DNA of 64,000 nucleotides from an uncultured Planctomycetota bacterium (GCA_963719315.1 CAVRBU010000017.1:96001-160000); one strand, 5' to 3'; numbered from the stretch's first letter, positions 29,967 to 41,267 are shown. Notes: generated by a model from the letters alone, not told the origin. Translations and numbers: made by a program.

Positions 29967-31507
29967 ATGAGCAAAAATCGAACCGTTGCTTTGTGTCTCG
30001 TTCTGGCACTCATGGCCATTGCAGCCGGCGGGGCCTGGGTGGTCGGCAGGCAGATCGTATCTCCGGCCGAGGCTGCCGCGCGAACGGCGCCGCCGAAGCC
30101 GTCTCCCATTCTGGTGCCCATCGAAAAACGGGTGTTGAGCTCCCAAATCGTGACGCGCGGAACGGCCCGCTTCGGCACGCCCCAGCCGGTGGCCCTGGCG
30201 CCGTCGACGCTTAAAATGAATACGGCCGGCCTGATTACGACCTTGCCGAAGCCGAACACGCAATTCAAGGAAGGCGATGTCCTGTTCGCCGCGTCGGGGC
30301 GTCCGGTGATGGCCCTTCAAGGCGCCACTCCAGCCTATCGAGACATGGTGCCCGGAACGTCCGGACCCGATGTCATGCAGCTCGAAGAAGCCCTGAAACG
30401 ATTAGGATTCGATCCGGGCGACGTGGATGGTAATTACGACGACAAAACGGGAGCGGCAGTTGCCAAATGGTATCAATCGAAAGGCTATGAGCCATTCGGC
30501 CCAACGCCTACGCAACTTGCCAATTTGCGCCAATCGAAGCAAGCCTGGGAGATGCCAACAAGGCAAAACTGGCGGCCGCTGGCGTAGAGGCAACGGCCAA
30601 TCTGGCCGTGGAGAATGCTCGCGCAAAGGTCAGCTTTGGCAACAAAGCCGCTGCCTCCGAGGTATCCACCAAGATCGCCGACCGGGCCCTGATCGTTCTC
30701 GACCCGCGGCAATTGGGTCTTGCTCGGGCTGCGGCGGACGAGAAGCTGGAAACAGCCCGTTCCGGCTTGAAAGCTGCCAAGCTCGACGGCGAAATGGCCG
30801 TCAAAACTGCCCTGGAAGCGAAACGCGTGGCTGAGTTCGATGCCCAACTAACGGCCGAGCGGGCCAATCAGTTGACCGCCGACTTGGAACTCGCCAAGTC
30901 CAAGCTCGGTGTGCAAGTCCCGTTGGATGAGGTCGTCTTCCTACCCTCTCTCCCGGCGCGGGTTGAGCAGGTCATCGCAACCGTGGGGGGAGCCGCAAGT
31001 GGGCCGGTGCTCACCGTCACGGACAATCAAATCGTCATTGATTCCTCCTTGCCGCTCGACGTGGCGCCCTTGGTGAAACCGGGCATGGAAGTTGAGATCG
31101 ATGAGTCTGCCCTGGGGTTCAAAGCCAAAGGCGTCGTCGAGACCGTCGCGGAATCGCCCGGCACGCGCGGAGTGGATGGCTATCACTTCTATTTTGCGGT
31201 TCGCGTAGGTGAGACGCCGACGCCGCTGCAAGGGTTTTCACTACGGCTCACCATGCCGATTAAGTCGACCCAAGGCGCCGTTACCACGGTTCCGATGAGC
31301 GCACTTTCGCTGACGGCCGACGGAACCTCGCGGGTGCAAGTCCAGAATAGCAAAGGCGCCCTGGAGTACGTCACGGTCGAGCCAGGCCTGGCGGCCGACG
31401 GTTTTGTCGAAGTGAAGCCGATTCAAGGGAAGCTCGAGCCGGGCCAGCTCGTCGTCGTGGGTAACGAACAAAGTGAGAGTGCCGACAGCCCGGAAAAGAA
31501 ACAATGA
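29967..31507 (+). CDS. Peptidoglycan-binding-domain periplasmic adaptor (MacA-like), frameshift at ~30533-30550
   Basis: N-terminal TM; GTSGPDVMQLEEALKRLGFDPGDVDGNYD PG-binding motif; coiled coil; C-terminal VPMSALS...GKLEPGQLVVVG. Confidence 0.85.
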
Positions 31508-33457
31508 CACCTAGTTCAACAACTCATGTACTTGAGCTGAACAAGGTTTGCAAAACTTATGGAAGCGAACCGGCCGTCCACGCGCTCGTGGATGTTGATC
31601 TCACGCTAGAGCGCGGCGAATGGCTTTCGATCACCGGACCATCCGGCGCCGGAAAATCGACGCTACTCAATATCATCGGTTGCCTCGACCATGCAACCGC
31701 CGGCACGTTCTTGTTCGACGGCATCGATACGGCGAAGCTATCGGATGGCCAGCGGGCCGGTTTACGAAGCCAGCGCATCGGCTTTGTATTTCAATCGTTT
31801 CACCTCTTGCCGTACCGGACCGTTCTCGAAAACGTGATGCTGGCCGAGGTATACCGCAAGCATACCTCGCACGATCGGGAAGCCCGCGCGCTGGCGGCGA
31901 TTGAACGCGTCGGTCTTAGTCACCGGGCTGGCTTCATGCCGAACAAGCTGTCGGGCGGCGAACAGCAACGGGTTGCGATCGCTCGCGCACTCGCCGGTTC
32001 GCCCAGTTTGTTGCTGTGCGACGAGCCCACAGGAAATCTGGACTCGAAGTCGTCGGCCAACCTTCTCGACCTGTTGGAAAACTTGAATAAAGATGGCCTC
32101 ACTTTGGTGATCGTGACGCACGACGAGAAAGTAGCCAATCGTGCGGGCCGCCGGGTACATATCATTGATGGCAGGCTGACGGACATCAGCGAAACGACAT
32201 CCGCGACCCAGCCGGCGCCTTCGCCAATGCCCTTGGGCAGCACCGCTTCGATTGCCCGCTCCGGCATCACGATCCGCGACCTGTTCAATGAAGCGCTTGC
32301 CGGGATGTTTGCCCGGCCGGGGCGCATGATGCTGACCGTCTTGGGCGTCGTGATCGGACTTACGGCGCTGGTGGCAACACTGGGGCTATCGCGTACGGCC
32401 GGGAATCGCATCGTCAGCCAATTCGACAAGGTTGCGGCCACCGAGTTGTTCGTCACCGCCCGGCCCGGGATTACCGGCATTGTCGATCCGAAGGCAATCC
32501 CTTGGGATGCGCCGAGCGACTCCGCCGCTTGAACGGCGTCGTGGCGGCCGGAACGATGAGCGAAGTGGATGTCCGCGATGCGCTGGTCGGTTCGTCGCCG
32601 GTGAAGGATCCCAGCAATCAAACCGCCTTTAAGATGGCCGTTCATGCAGCGTCACCCGAGTTGTTCCGGGCCGTGAGAGCGGACTTGGCGCAGGGGCGCG
32701 TACCCGATGCGGGGCATTCGGAGCGTGCGGACCGAGTCGCCGTGTTAGGTCCCGATGCCGCTCGAAAGCTGGGAATTACCAGCCTGGACCAGCTTCCCGC
32801 CATCTACATCGGCGACCACCTGTATTTGGTGATGGGGATCCTGAAGGACGTTGCGCGGAAGCCTGAATTGTTGGGTTCGGTGATTATCCCGGAAGGAACG
32901 GCGCGACACGATTTCGGTCTAGTTGGTCCCGGCACGGTGGTCATTGAAACACAGATCGGCGCGGCATATCTAATCGCCGATCAAACCCGCGCCGCGCTGC
33001 GGCCCGACGATCCTCGCATTCTCAAGGTCGAAGTTCCGCAAGAGCCGAGGCGCGTTCGCGACGATGTGCAGAACGACGTGAATATCATGTTCTTGTTGTT
33101 GGGAGGATTGTCGTTGGTGGTGGGGGCCATCGGCATCGCTAATATTACTTTGGTTTCGGTAATGGAACGCACCGGCGAAATTGGCTTGCGGCGAGCTATC
33201 GGGGCGACCCGCGCTCATATCGCCGCACAATTCTTGTTCGAGAGCGCTTCCATGGGCATCATCGGCGGCATTTTGGGCGCCAGCCTAGGAGTGATGATCG
33301 TCGTCGCGGTCTCCGCGTACGAACAGTGGACGCCGGTGCTCGATTCTTGGGCGCCCTTCTGGCGCCACTTATCGGCGGCGCCATCGGCCTGCTGTCGGGC
33401 GCCTATCCAGCGATCCGTGCCGCTCATCTGGAACCGGTCGAAGCCTTCCGGAATTGA
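31504..33457 (+). CDS. MacB-like ABC transporter, ATPase-permease fusion, frameshifts at ~32515 and ~33358
   Basis: GPSGAGKST, LSGGEQQRVAIARA, DEPTGNLD; ERTGEIGLRRAIGA; true end GAYPAIRAAHLEPVEAFRN* at 33457. Confidence 0.88.
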
Positions 33458-33500
33458 CGGCCTGGCCCGATCGATCACAATCCTAGAGCTTGGTCACCGC

Positions 33501-33607
33501 TGAAATGATGGGTGGCATGCTTTCGCCGCGGCGGCGTAGGCATGATTGCGCCCGAGACATGCTCACTCACACGCCGCGCTGGGAGCGCATGCCACCCATC
33601 AATTGAA
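33501..33607 (-). repeat. Family A repeat, copy 2
   Basis: tgatgggtggcatgc...gcatgccacccatca; reverse complement of 8045-8146. Confidence 0.82.
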
Positions 33608-33940
33608 CGTGGACTGATCACCAGCCCGTCGGCCATTCGCCACGCTCTTCGCGAAACCGATTCTGGAACCTGCTCCAATCGGTAAATCTTACCTGGCCGG
33701 CAATGACCATCTAATCGAATTAACCTCTGGATTTTGCCTTTCGATCGTTATTCGGATCAACTAGCGTCGGGTTACGGTCACATCGTATGGTTTAAACGGT
33801 TGTGACAAATCGACTAATGTGTTCACCGAGAGAAATCCCCTGTGCCGAAAGGCCAAGTGAGCCGAAATAACCCTATATCGTGATCCACTGATAAAACGGC
33901 GCTATTCAGGTAAAGCGCTCTCGCCCAGAAATGCGGTACG

Positions 33941-35551
33941 ATGGAGACTTGCCAACCAATCGCTACCGCATCCCCCTCTAATCACTGGGCGGGGCTTGGT
34001 CGCCTCCAGCACCGGTGCCGGATCGGTCTATTCGCCGTGGCGTTTGTGTCCGGTTTAGGATTCGTTACCGCAGTGCAGGCCCAGCCGGGCCATGTGACCC
34101 AACCCCTCCTCTCTGCCGGCGCCCCTGAGGAATTGCCAAGATTCGGCGAATCGAATAGCTCCGAATGGTCGGTGAGCCTGCAGTTGGAGCAAATGGATCA
34201 GCGGTTGAAAGAATTGGAAACGGCTCAGCTAGCGCAGGAGACCGCGACCAGAAACATTATTCGACAATCGCTGGCCGAGAAGGGCTCGAACATCATGGAT
34301 ACCGTCCAATTCGGCGGTACCCTCGAGACTCTTACGTTCTGGGAACGCGATTTCGATAACGTCACGTCCAGCGACATCATTCTGGATACGGCCGAGCTCG
34401 ATTTCGTCATCACTCCCAATCAATGGAGCTCGGCCGCTCTCGTTCTCGAGTACGATCAAGGAAACAACTTCGCCTTTCCAACCACGGAAGGGGATGAAGT
34501 CTTCGTCGATCGAGTCAATATCCGTCAAGCCACGATCACGATCGGCAATCCTGAGAAGTATCCGCTCTACTCGACGCTAGGTCGGGACACGGTCCCTTTC
34601 GGTGTCGCAACGGGCAACCCCGTGACGGACTCGCTGACGATCGTCGATCCCCTGACTATCGAGGTGTTCGAGACGCGAGAAGACTTTATCATGTTCAGTT
34701 TCTTGGCGCCGACCTGTTGCCCGCCGCCAACGTCGCCAAATCCCGTGCCAGGTCCGCCTGTCGTTCATCCTATTCTGTTCAACCCGCTCGTCCGCCGGGC
34801 CGCGACTTCAATTTGTGAATACTGCCCGTGCACGCCGGACCTTCCTCCGCCGGCGACCACGTGGCCTCCAATTACTTGCACGCCGCCATACAGCGGCTCC
34901 ATTTACTTTTACAATGGTGACACTACCAATTTAGGAGAAAACCACATCCAACAAATGGGGGGCCACTTGGGATATTTCACCAAGGGCAATGTCGGCCCGT
35001 GCTTCCCCTGGACTCTTGACTGCGGCGTTGATGTCAACAGCTCCGTTTTCGACAGTAATTTCCTGCAGTTCGAATATCGCGGGTTCTTAGATCAGATCGG
35101 TTTTGTGCCGGGCATGGCTGCCCACATCAAATCAAACCTCGGTCCGACCTCTCTGGTGTTGGAATGGAATGGAGCAATCAGCAACGCCAGGTTTATTGAC
35201 GATGTGGGAACGCCCATCGACATCCGGCCGCAAGCCTGGCAAATCCAGTGGGCGTACCAATTCGATTGGAACCCATCGGTCGAATCGATTGGCGCCCAGG
35301 GCACCTATTTCGTCATTGGCTACTCCGAATCCAAAGATTTGGCGGGCGTGCAACGAGTCATCGGCGCCTTGCCGCCGATCAGAGTTGGCAACGTGCCGGA
35401 AAAGCGTCTGAGCGTCGGTGTCGGCGAGTGGATACTCCCCAGTGTTCGCCTGGCATTCGAATACTCGCACGCGATCGACTACTCCGTCGCCGACGGTGGC
35501 ACGGGCAACTCGGCCGACGCCGTGCTTTCCCAACTCACCTTGGAATGGTGA
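33941..35551 (+). CDS. LbtU-like outer-membrane porin
   Basis: Coiled coil, then QFGGTLE, SDIILDTAEL, QATITIGN..KYPLY...G...VPFG; C-terminal beta-signal QLTLEW. Confidence 0.75.
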   Translation: METCQPIATASPSNHWAGLGRLQHRCRIGLFAVAFVSGLGFVTAVQAQPGHVTQPLLSAGAPEELPRFGESNSSEWSVSLQLEQMDQRLKELETAQLAQETATRNIIRQSLAEKGSNIMDTVQFGGTLETLTFWERDFDNVTSSDIILDTAELDFVITPNQWSSAALVLEYDQGNNFAFPTTEGDEVFVDRVNIRQATITIGNPEKYPLYSTLGRDTVPFGVATGNPVTDSLTIVDPLTIEVFETREDFIMFSFLAPTCCPPPTSPNPVPGPPVVHPILFNPLVRRAATSICEYCPCTPDLPPPATTWPPITCTPPYSGSIYFYNGDTTNLGENHIQQMGGHLGYFTKGNVGPCFPWTLDCGVDVNSSVFDSNFLQFEYRGFLDQIGFVPGMAAHIKSNLGPTSLVLEWNGAISNARFIDDVGTPIDIRPQAWQIQWAYQFDWNPSVESIGAQGTYFVIGYSESKDLAGVQRVIGALPPIRVGNVPEKRLSVGVGEWILPSVRLAFEYSHAIDYSVADGGTGNSADAVLSQLTLEW

Positions 35552-35642
35552 CGCTTGCATGAAGGCGCTTTAGTGATTGGCGGCGGGCACGTAATTCCGC
35601 CAAGCGATTCAGTCAACGCGCCGATGCCACCTAGCCATACGC

Positions 35643-36563
35643 CTACGGTAGCGGCGCGACATCGACGCTGACGTTGATATGGTGTTCTCCGCCGCCGACG
35701 AACACGCCCTGAATTGGGCACACATCGCCGTAGTCGCGGCCCCAGGCGATCGTGATGTACGATTCGCCGATGAGGCAATTGTTGGTGGGATCGATGTCGA
35801 TCCAACCTAGGGGCCCACACCAGGCAGAGCACCAGGCGTGCGAAGCATCGGCGCCGATGAGCCTCGGTTTTCCCGGCGGCGGTGTGGTCCGCAAATAACC
35901 ACTTGTGTAGCGAGCTGCCATTCCCATCGCACGCAAACAACCCGTCGCCAGGTGGGCGAAGTCCTGGCAAACACCGCGGCGATGACGGAACACATCGGCA
36001 AGCGGAGTATCGACGTTTGTCGCGCGGGTATCGAATTCGAAATCGGCATGGATCCGCGCCGTCAAATCGACAAGCGCCTCGACGACCGAGCGTCCGGGCG
36101 GATAGCTCTTTGCCGCGTACTCGAGAAGGTCGGTAGATAGCGGTACCCGCGGTGAAGCAAATGCCAATTGGGCAATCATTGGCTCGACGCGATTGTGCTC
36201 GGCAGGCACGCCATCAGACCGCCGGCGACCGACGACGCACTTTTGCCATTCAGGTGCATCGCGTGTCTTCTGAGCTACCGTTGGAAAAACTTCAACCGCG
36301 CTTTCCGCAACGATCTCCAGTTTGCGATGGGCCGTTTCGATGGAAAAATACTCGCTGCGATTGCCAAAATAATCATCGCGGTACGTGAGAAACGCCGGCA
36401 CAGGATCGATGTTCAGGCGGTAGGTAGCGCAGCGTTGGCGGGCGGTCGAGCGCGGGGCCAGATGGACCAGGTTGTGGCACACCGGTGCGAGATCGGCGTA
36501 GGTGTAGCCGGTCTTGTGGGTGATTTGATATTTCAAGTGCGTAGCTGCGGGGGTCCCTAGCAC
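35643..36563 (-). CDS. Transglutaminase family protein
   Basis: YQITHKTGYTY N-domain; catalytic GVCQDFAH, SHAW, DPTN; start may be TTG 36536. Confidence 0.93.
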   Translation of the reverse strand: MLGTPAATHLKYQITHKTGYTYADLAPVCHNLVHLAPRSTARQRCATYRLNIDPVPAFLTYRDDYFGNRSEYFSIETAHRKLEIVAESAVEVFPTVAQKTRDAPEWQKCVVGRRRSDGVPAEHNRVEPMIAQLAFASPRVPLSTDLLEYAAKSYPPGRSVVEALVDLTARIHADFEFDTRATNVDTPLADVFRHRRGVCQDFAHLATGCLRAMGMAARYTSGYLRTTPPPGKPRLIGADASHAWCSAWCGPLGWIDIDPTNNCLIGESYITIAWGRDYGDVCPIQGVFVGGGEHHINVSVDVAPLP

Positions 36564-36574
36564 CGGTCCATGGT

Positions 36575-39106
36575 TTACTCTTCCGGCGCCGAATCGAAAT
36601 CGATCTCGGCCAGCCGTTGGATCGGGCCAGAATGGAAAAAGTAGCGATGGGAAATGATGTCGGATAGTTCGGGCAACTTAGCGCTAATTTGATCGAGCAA
36701 TTTGTTCAGCGGGTCCGTTTTGCCGTCTTCATAGTCGCGCGCCATGCGGACGATATCCGCTTGCCTCATGCAATGCAACAATGTGCTCACGAGTTCCTGG
36801 CCGGCAGGTCCAGTCGCGCTTTTGACCCGAGCGCCAAGTCTTTCGACGTGGGAGACACACTCGGCGAGCTGAAAGGCGATCGAGCGCGGGTTCGTCTCGT
36901 CGCAAATCATGAGGTCGAGCACGGCGCCCAGTTGGATGTTCGAACCGTATCGAGAACGATACGTCATTACGCTATCGAGCATTTCCAACAACGCTTCGAG
37001 TGCCTCAGGTTCGTCTTCGCCGCCGTTGGCGAGCATCCCGCGGACGAGCTGCGACTCCTGCGCGGCGCGTTCCAGGCGACGACCCAAGTCCAGGAACCGC
37101 CAGGCATAGGTTCTGGTCATGCTTTCGGCGATTTCGCCGGCGTATGCGGCGAGTTGCATGAGCAGCACGTCGAGCTTATCGAGCAGGTCGAGAAAGCCGT
37201 TCCGTCCCACCGTCGGACGAAAATCCTCGTTCATTTGCCGGATGATTCGCCAGCTATCGAGCGACATGAGGTCCCGAACCGTAGCGGCCAGTCCGGCGAC
37301 TGAGGTAACCGTCGCCCGAAGCGCGAAGGACGGCCCTTCATCGAAGGCGGATTTCGGTAGCTGTTTCTCGATCGAGGGAAGCTGCTTGCGTATCTCCTCA
37401 ACGACGTAACCTGGCTCGATTTGCCCCTGCTCTGCCAATAGTCGCAGCAAATGAGGCAACTCGGGAATGCGGTCGACTTGCTCTTCGCTGGCGAGCCGCC
37501 GGGCGGCAGAGCGCAACAACTTAGCGAGCAACTCGGCTCGCACAGAGTTCCGCCCCAGCCAAAAAAAGTGCTCGGCAGCGCGGCTGGAAAGGTCGATGCC
37601 GCCCCGACGTAGCGGCAACTCGGCTTCCGTCGCCGTCAGCAGCGAGACGGGAAGAACCGGGCCATCGGCGAACACCCAAGTGTCTTTGCTGCGTTCGCCA
37701 TCCAATAGAGAGAGGTCCAGCGGCGCCAGCGACGCGGAAACGCGCACCAAACCGCCGGGCATCACCATGTAGCTTTCCTCGTGAGCCACGGCAAAGGTGC
37801 GGAGCGCGATGTAACACGGCCGCATTTCCTCGCCCGACCACGCCGGTGCACCCGATCGCACGACGTGCTCTTGCGCGACAAAGTTCGCCGGATCGCTTTG
37901 GATCAGTGCGCGAAGCTCCGGCCGCGGCATGTCCGCTAGTCGGCTGATCAAAGATACCGGTTCACCGCGCCGGCGATACGCGGGCAGAATAATTAGTTCT
38001 TCCAGCCGATCCAGCACATACTCGCAGACTTTTGGCTCGCCACACCACCAGGTAGCCACACCGGGCAGCTTCAGCGGCTCCCCTAATAGCGCTTCGGAGA
38101 GACGAGGCATGAAAGATCGAAAAATCGGCGACTCGACCAAACCGCTGCCCGGTGAATTCGCAATTGCGACGTTACCCGACCTCATCGCCTGCAACACGCC
38201 GGCGATGCCCTGCGATCCCGCATCGACGATTTCGAGTGGATCGAGCAGCTCACTGTTCGGGCGCCTCAGGAGAACGTTAACGGGGGACAGCCCAGCTAGG
38301 GTTTTTAGATACAAGCGATTGCCGCGGACGGCGAGGTCACCTGCTTCCGCAAGCATGTGGCCGAGATAGCGGGCGAGGAAAGCATCTTCGAAATAATTGG
38401 TGCTGCCGGCGGCCTGGCTGAGCAGCACGATTCGGGGCTCCCCGCCACTCGGTGGTGAGAGTCGAGCGAGCAGTTCCTTCACGGCAATGAAATAAGGCGC
38501 AAGGCGCTCAACTCGACAATGCCGGAAGACATCCGGCAACATCCTCGAAAGGGCGATGCGATTTTCGAGCGCGAAACCGGCTCCGCTCGCACTTTCGCAA
38601 CGGTCGGATTGCACCCACCAACGGCCATCGGGAGCGCGGGCCAGGTCCGCGGCGTAGAAATGAAGCATCCGAGCATCGCGTGACTCGGGAGCACGGCAAA
38701 ACGGCAGCCGAAATCCCGGATGGCGGAATAACGCTTCGGCCGGCAGAACGCCGCTATGCACCAGAGTTTGCGGCCCGTACAAATCGCGGAGCACGAGATC
38801 GAGCAGTGTTGCTCGTTGCTTGAGAGACGCCTCGACCGTTCGCCATTCGTCGGTCGAAACGATGAGCGGCAGCCCATCGAGCTCCCAAGGGCGACGACGA
38901 GCCACGGGATCACCCAGGTCAGGATAGGCGAGGCTATTCTGACGGAGCAGCCGTTGCGCCTGTTCCCAGCGGTATGCGTACTCGGAACGAGTCAGACCTT
39001 GGGCGGCTTCAAGAAATGTCTTCCAGGCCGGCCGTAATACGCCGGGGGCCGAAAAGACCTCGTCGTACGAGCCGGGCGCCAGCTCATAACCGCGGAAAAG
39101 TTCCAA
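36575..39106 (-). CDS. Circularly permuted type 2 ATP-grasp fused to an alpha-E domain
   Basis: RPWELDGLP, SGAGFALENR, NSPGSGLVE, MPGGLVRV, FWLGR and LGRRLERA motifs; start uncertain. Confidence 0.92.
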   Translation of the reverse strand: MELFRGYELAPGSYDEVFSAPGVLRPAWKTFLEAAQGLTRSEYAYRWEQAQRLLRQNSLAYPDLGDPVARRRPWELDGLPLIVSTDEWRTVEASLKQRATLLDLVLRDLYGPQTLVHSGVLPAEALFRHPGFRLPFCRAPESRDARMLHFYAADLARAPDGRWWVQSDRCESASGAGFALENRIALSRMLPDVFRHCRVERLAPYFIAVKELLARLSPPSGGEPRIVLLSQAAGSTNYFEDAFLARYLGHMLAEAGDLAVRGNRLYLKTLAGLSPVNVLLRRPNSELLDPLEIVDAGSQGIAGVLQAMRSGNVAIANSPGSGLVESPIFRSFMPRLSEALLGEPLKLPGVATWWCGEPKVCEYVLDRLEELIILPAYRRRGEPVSLISRLADMPRPELRALIQSDPANFVAQEHVVRSGAPAWSGEEMRPCYIALRTFAVAHEESYMVMPGGLVRVSASLAPLDLSLLDGERSKDTWVFADGPVLPVSLLTATEAELPLRRGGIDLSSRAAEHFFWLGRNSVRAELLAKLLRSAARRLASEEQVDRIPELPHLLRLLAEQGQIEPGYVVEEIRKQLPSIEKQLPKSAFDEGPSFALRATVTSVAGLAATVRDLMSLDSWRIIRQMNEDFRPTVGRNGFLDLLDKLDVLLMQLAAYAGEIAESMTRTYAWRFLDLGRRLERAAQESQLVRGMLANGGEDEPEALEALLEMLDSVMTYRSRYGSNIQLGAVLDLMICDETNPRSIAFQLAECVSHVERLGARVKSATGPAGQELVSTLLHCMRQADIVRMARDYEDGKTDPLNKLLDQISAKLPELSDIISHRYFFHSGPIQRLAEIDFDSAPEE

Positions 39107-39244
39107 TGCTAAGCTGGGATCCGTCGCCCGCACGCGAATTCTCACCAAGAGATCATGCCACTCAATTTCGTAGCCATTCGCGAAGAGGCTTCGTCCTGAT
39201 ACCTCGCGCGACCCTCTATTGAAGGCTGCATGGCAAAGGAACCT

Positions 39245-39316
39245 GTGGGAGGCGTGTCGGACGCCGATGGGCCAGGCAAATCGTAACGCGACATCGGCCT
39301 CGGAGAGGCCTCCCAA
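39245..39316 (+). repeat. REP-like doublet hairpin
   Basis: gtgggaggcgtgtcggacgccgat...atcggcctcggagaggcctccca. Confidence 0.65.
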
Positions 39317-39343
39317 AATCTCATTCGCTGCGCAGCCTTCATT

Positions 39344-39352
39344 ATTTTAGCA
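39344..39352 (-). promoter_or_regulatory. Putative extended -10 promoter TGCTAAAAT
   Basis: Upstream of the ATP-grasp gene; hexamer starts 39 nt from the MITE end. Confidence 0.45.
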
Positions 39353-39387
39353 GATCGTATGAACGTCCACGATGCAGGACGAGAGTA

Positions 39388-39509
39388 GGTAGTGTCCCAA
39401 TTTGCCGTACAACAAACTTGTAGCACGGACTTCAGTCCGTGATTCTCGTACGGACTGAATTCCGTGCTACAAAGTTCCGGTCCGAACGGTGCCAAATTAG
39501 GACACCACC
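39388..39509 (+). mobile_element. MITE family B, copy 2 (122 bp)
   Basis: TIRs ggtagtgtcccaatttg/caaattaggacaccacc; TSD CGAGAGTA (39380-39387, 39510-39517). Confidence 0.92.
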
Positions 39510-39683
39510 CGAGAGTACCGCCGCCACATTGTCCCATCATGAGAAACCTCGCGGCCCGGCGATAGTTCCGCGCTTTCGCGCATGCCTCGACCGCCTGGAA
39601 ACTAACCACCCGGCATGATCGGCATGATCGGTCATCGACGCGCGAATTGCAAATTGCAGCGGTCCCACTATTAGGTGCGTTCG

Positions 39684-41267
39684 TTAGGTGGCCGGCAGAT
39701 GAAGTTTTCCGTCAACAAAGCGGCGGACCAATAACGGATTGTCGGCTCGCAGCTCCGGTGGGAGGGCCGCGTCCGGGAAGTTTTGGTAGCAAACAGGGCG
39801 CACGAAACGGAGTATCGCACGACTGCCGACAGAAGTGGTCCGCGAATCCGAAGACGCCGGGTACGGCCCGCCATGGACAATCGCGTCGCCCACTTCCACG
39901 CCGGTTGGAAATTGATTGAAGATCAGTCGGCCGGCGCGGGTTTCCAGTACGGAAATCAATTCTGTGGCGTCGGCCAAATCGCTCGGTTGTCCATGAATTG
40001 TGACGGTTAGCTGGCCTTCCAAGCGCCGCGCGACGGCGATTAACTCGTCCATCGTTTTGTACTGAACCAGGAGCGTGGTGGGGCCAAACACTTCGGCGGC
40101 CAGTTCTGTGTCCGCGAGGAAAGTGGCCACGTCCGTTTCGAACAAACCCGCGCCTGCCGCCGCGCTTTGCGAAGTGACTAGTGGCACGTTCAAGCCGCGC
40201 ACGTCTGAATGTTGGCTGAGTCGCTCCACGTCGTGGGCGTAGTTGCGCGCGATACCCGCATGCAACATGGTAGCCGCCGGTGTTTCGTGAATCAGTTTTT
40301 TCAGGCGATCGCGAAACGGCTCGTGGCCGTTGGTGAACACGATTCCCGGTTTCGTGCAAAACTGACCCAGGCCTAACGTAATGGATTGATGCAGCCCATC
40401 GGCAATTTGGATTCCGTTTGCATTCAGCGCGCGGGGAAGTAGAAAGATTGGATTGACGCTGCCCATCTCAGCATAGACGGGTATTGGCTCCGGGCGCTTG
40501 GCGGCGAGATCGAATAGTGCCCGTCCACCGGTTAGCGAGCCCGTAAATCCGACCGCCTTAATGCAAGGGTGCTGAACCAGAGCGGCGCCAACCTCAATGC
40601 CAGCGTCGAACAGCAGCGAGAACACGCCCGTTTCAAGTCCGGCCGACTTCACGGCGGCGTTGATTGCATTCCCCACTAACTCGCTCGTACCGGGGTGGGC
40701 TGGATGGGCTTTCACCACCACGGGGCAGCCGGCCGCAAGTGCGGAAGCCGTGTCGCCACCGCCGACCGAATACGCCAGCGGAAAATTGCTCGCGCCGAAG
40801 ACGGCAACCGGCCCCAGCGGACGAAGCATCGATCGCAAGTCGGGACGCGGAATCGGCTGGCGATCGGGGAGGGCAGTTTCGATCCGGGCATCGACCCACG
40901 ATCCTTCCTCGACCATCGCCGCGAACATGCGAAATTGATTCGAAGTGCGCGCTGTCTCACCGCGGATTCGCGGCTCGGCAAGCGCTGTCTCCTGACGCAC
41001 TCGGTCGACCAATTCGTCGACGATCGCATCGATATTGCCCGCGATCGTACCCAAAAACTCGGCCCTTTTCCGGCCGGGCAATTTGCGGTAACTCGCGAAA
41101 GCTGTTTCCGCCGCCGATGCGGCGTCGTCGACCTGTTGCAACGTGGCTGCACAATAGGTTGGCGGCAGCGGCTCGCCCGTCGCTGGGTTGATCGCGGAGA
41201 ACTCTTTGCCGGCGGCGCCGCCGACCGACATTCCTCCGATCAAGGACAACCCCGTCAGTTTCGACAT
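39684..41267 (-). CDS. NADP-dependent aldehyde dehydrogenase (alpha-ketoglutaric semialdehyde dehydrogenase-like)
   Basis: VFGASNFPLA, GFTGS, YAEMGSVNP, GQFCTKPG, EVFGP. Confidence 0.93.
   Translation of the reverse strand: MSKLTGLSLIGGMSVGGAAGKEFSAINPATGEPLPPTYCAATLQQVDDAASAAETAFASYRKLPGRKRAEFLGTIAGNIDAIVDELVDRVRQETALAEPRIRGETARTSNQFRMFAAMVEEGSWVDARIETALPDRQPIPRPDLRSMLRPLGPVAVFGASNFPLAYSVGGGDTASALAAGCPVVVKAHPAHPGTSELVGNAINAAVKSAGLETGVFSLLFDAGIEVGAALVQHPCIKAVGFTGSLTGGRALFDLAAKRPEPIPVYAEMGSVNPIFLLPRALNANGIQIADGLHQSITLGLGQFCTKPGIVFTNGHEPFRDRLKKLIHETPAATMLHAGIARNYAHDVERLSQHSDVRGLNVPLVTSQSAAAGAGLFETDVATFLADTELAAEVFGPTTLLVQYKTMDELIAVARRLEGQLTVTIHGQPSDLADATELISVLETRAGRLIFNQFPTGVEVGDAIVHGGPYPASSDSRTTSVGSRAILRFVRPVCYQNFPDAALPPELRADNPLLVRRFVDGKLHLPAT

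Noticed and set aside
32500..32532. ORF 31504..32532 ending in ..SDSAA as another AA degron
   Set aside because: This is an out-of-frame tail created by the frameshift; the true protein ends ..EAFRN
33600..33940. Riboswitch upstream of the porin (gccgaaaggc hairpin)
   Set aside because: Only a GNRA hairpin; no recognisable aptamer consensus
39107..39316. N-terminal 70-aa extension of the ATP-grasp ORF
   Set aside because: It runs through a REP hairpin and has no family-like sequence
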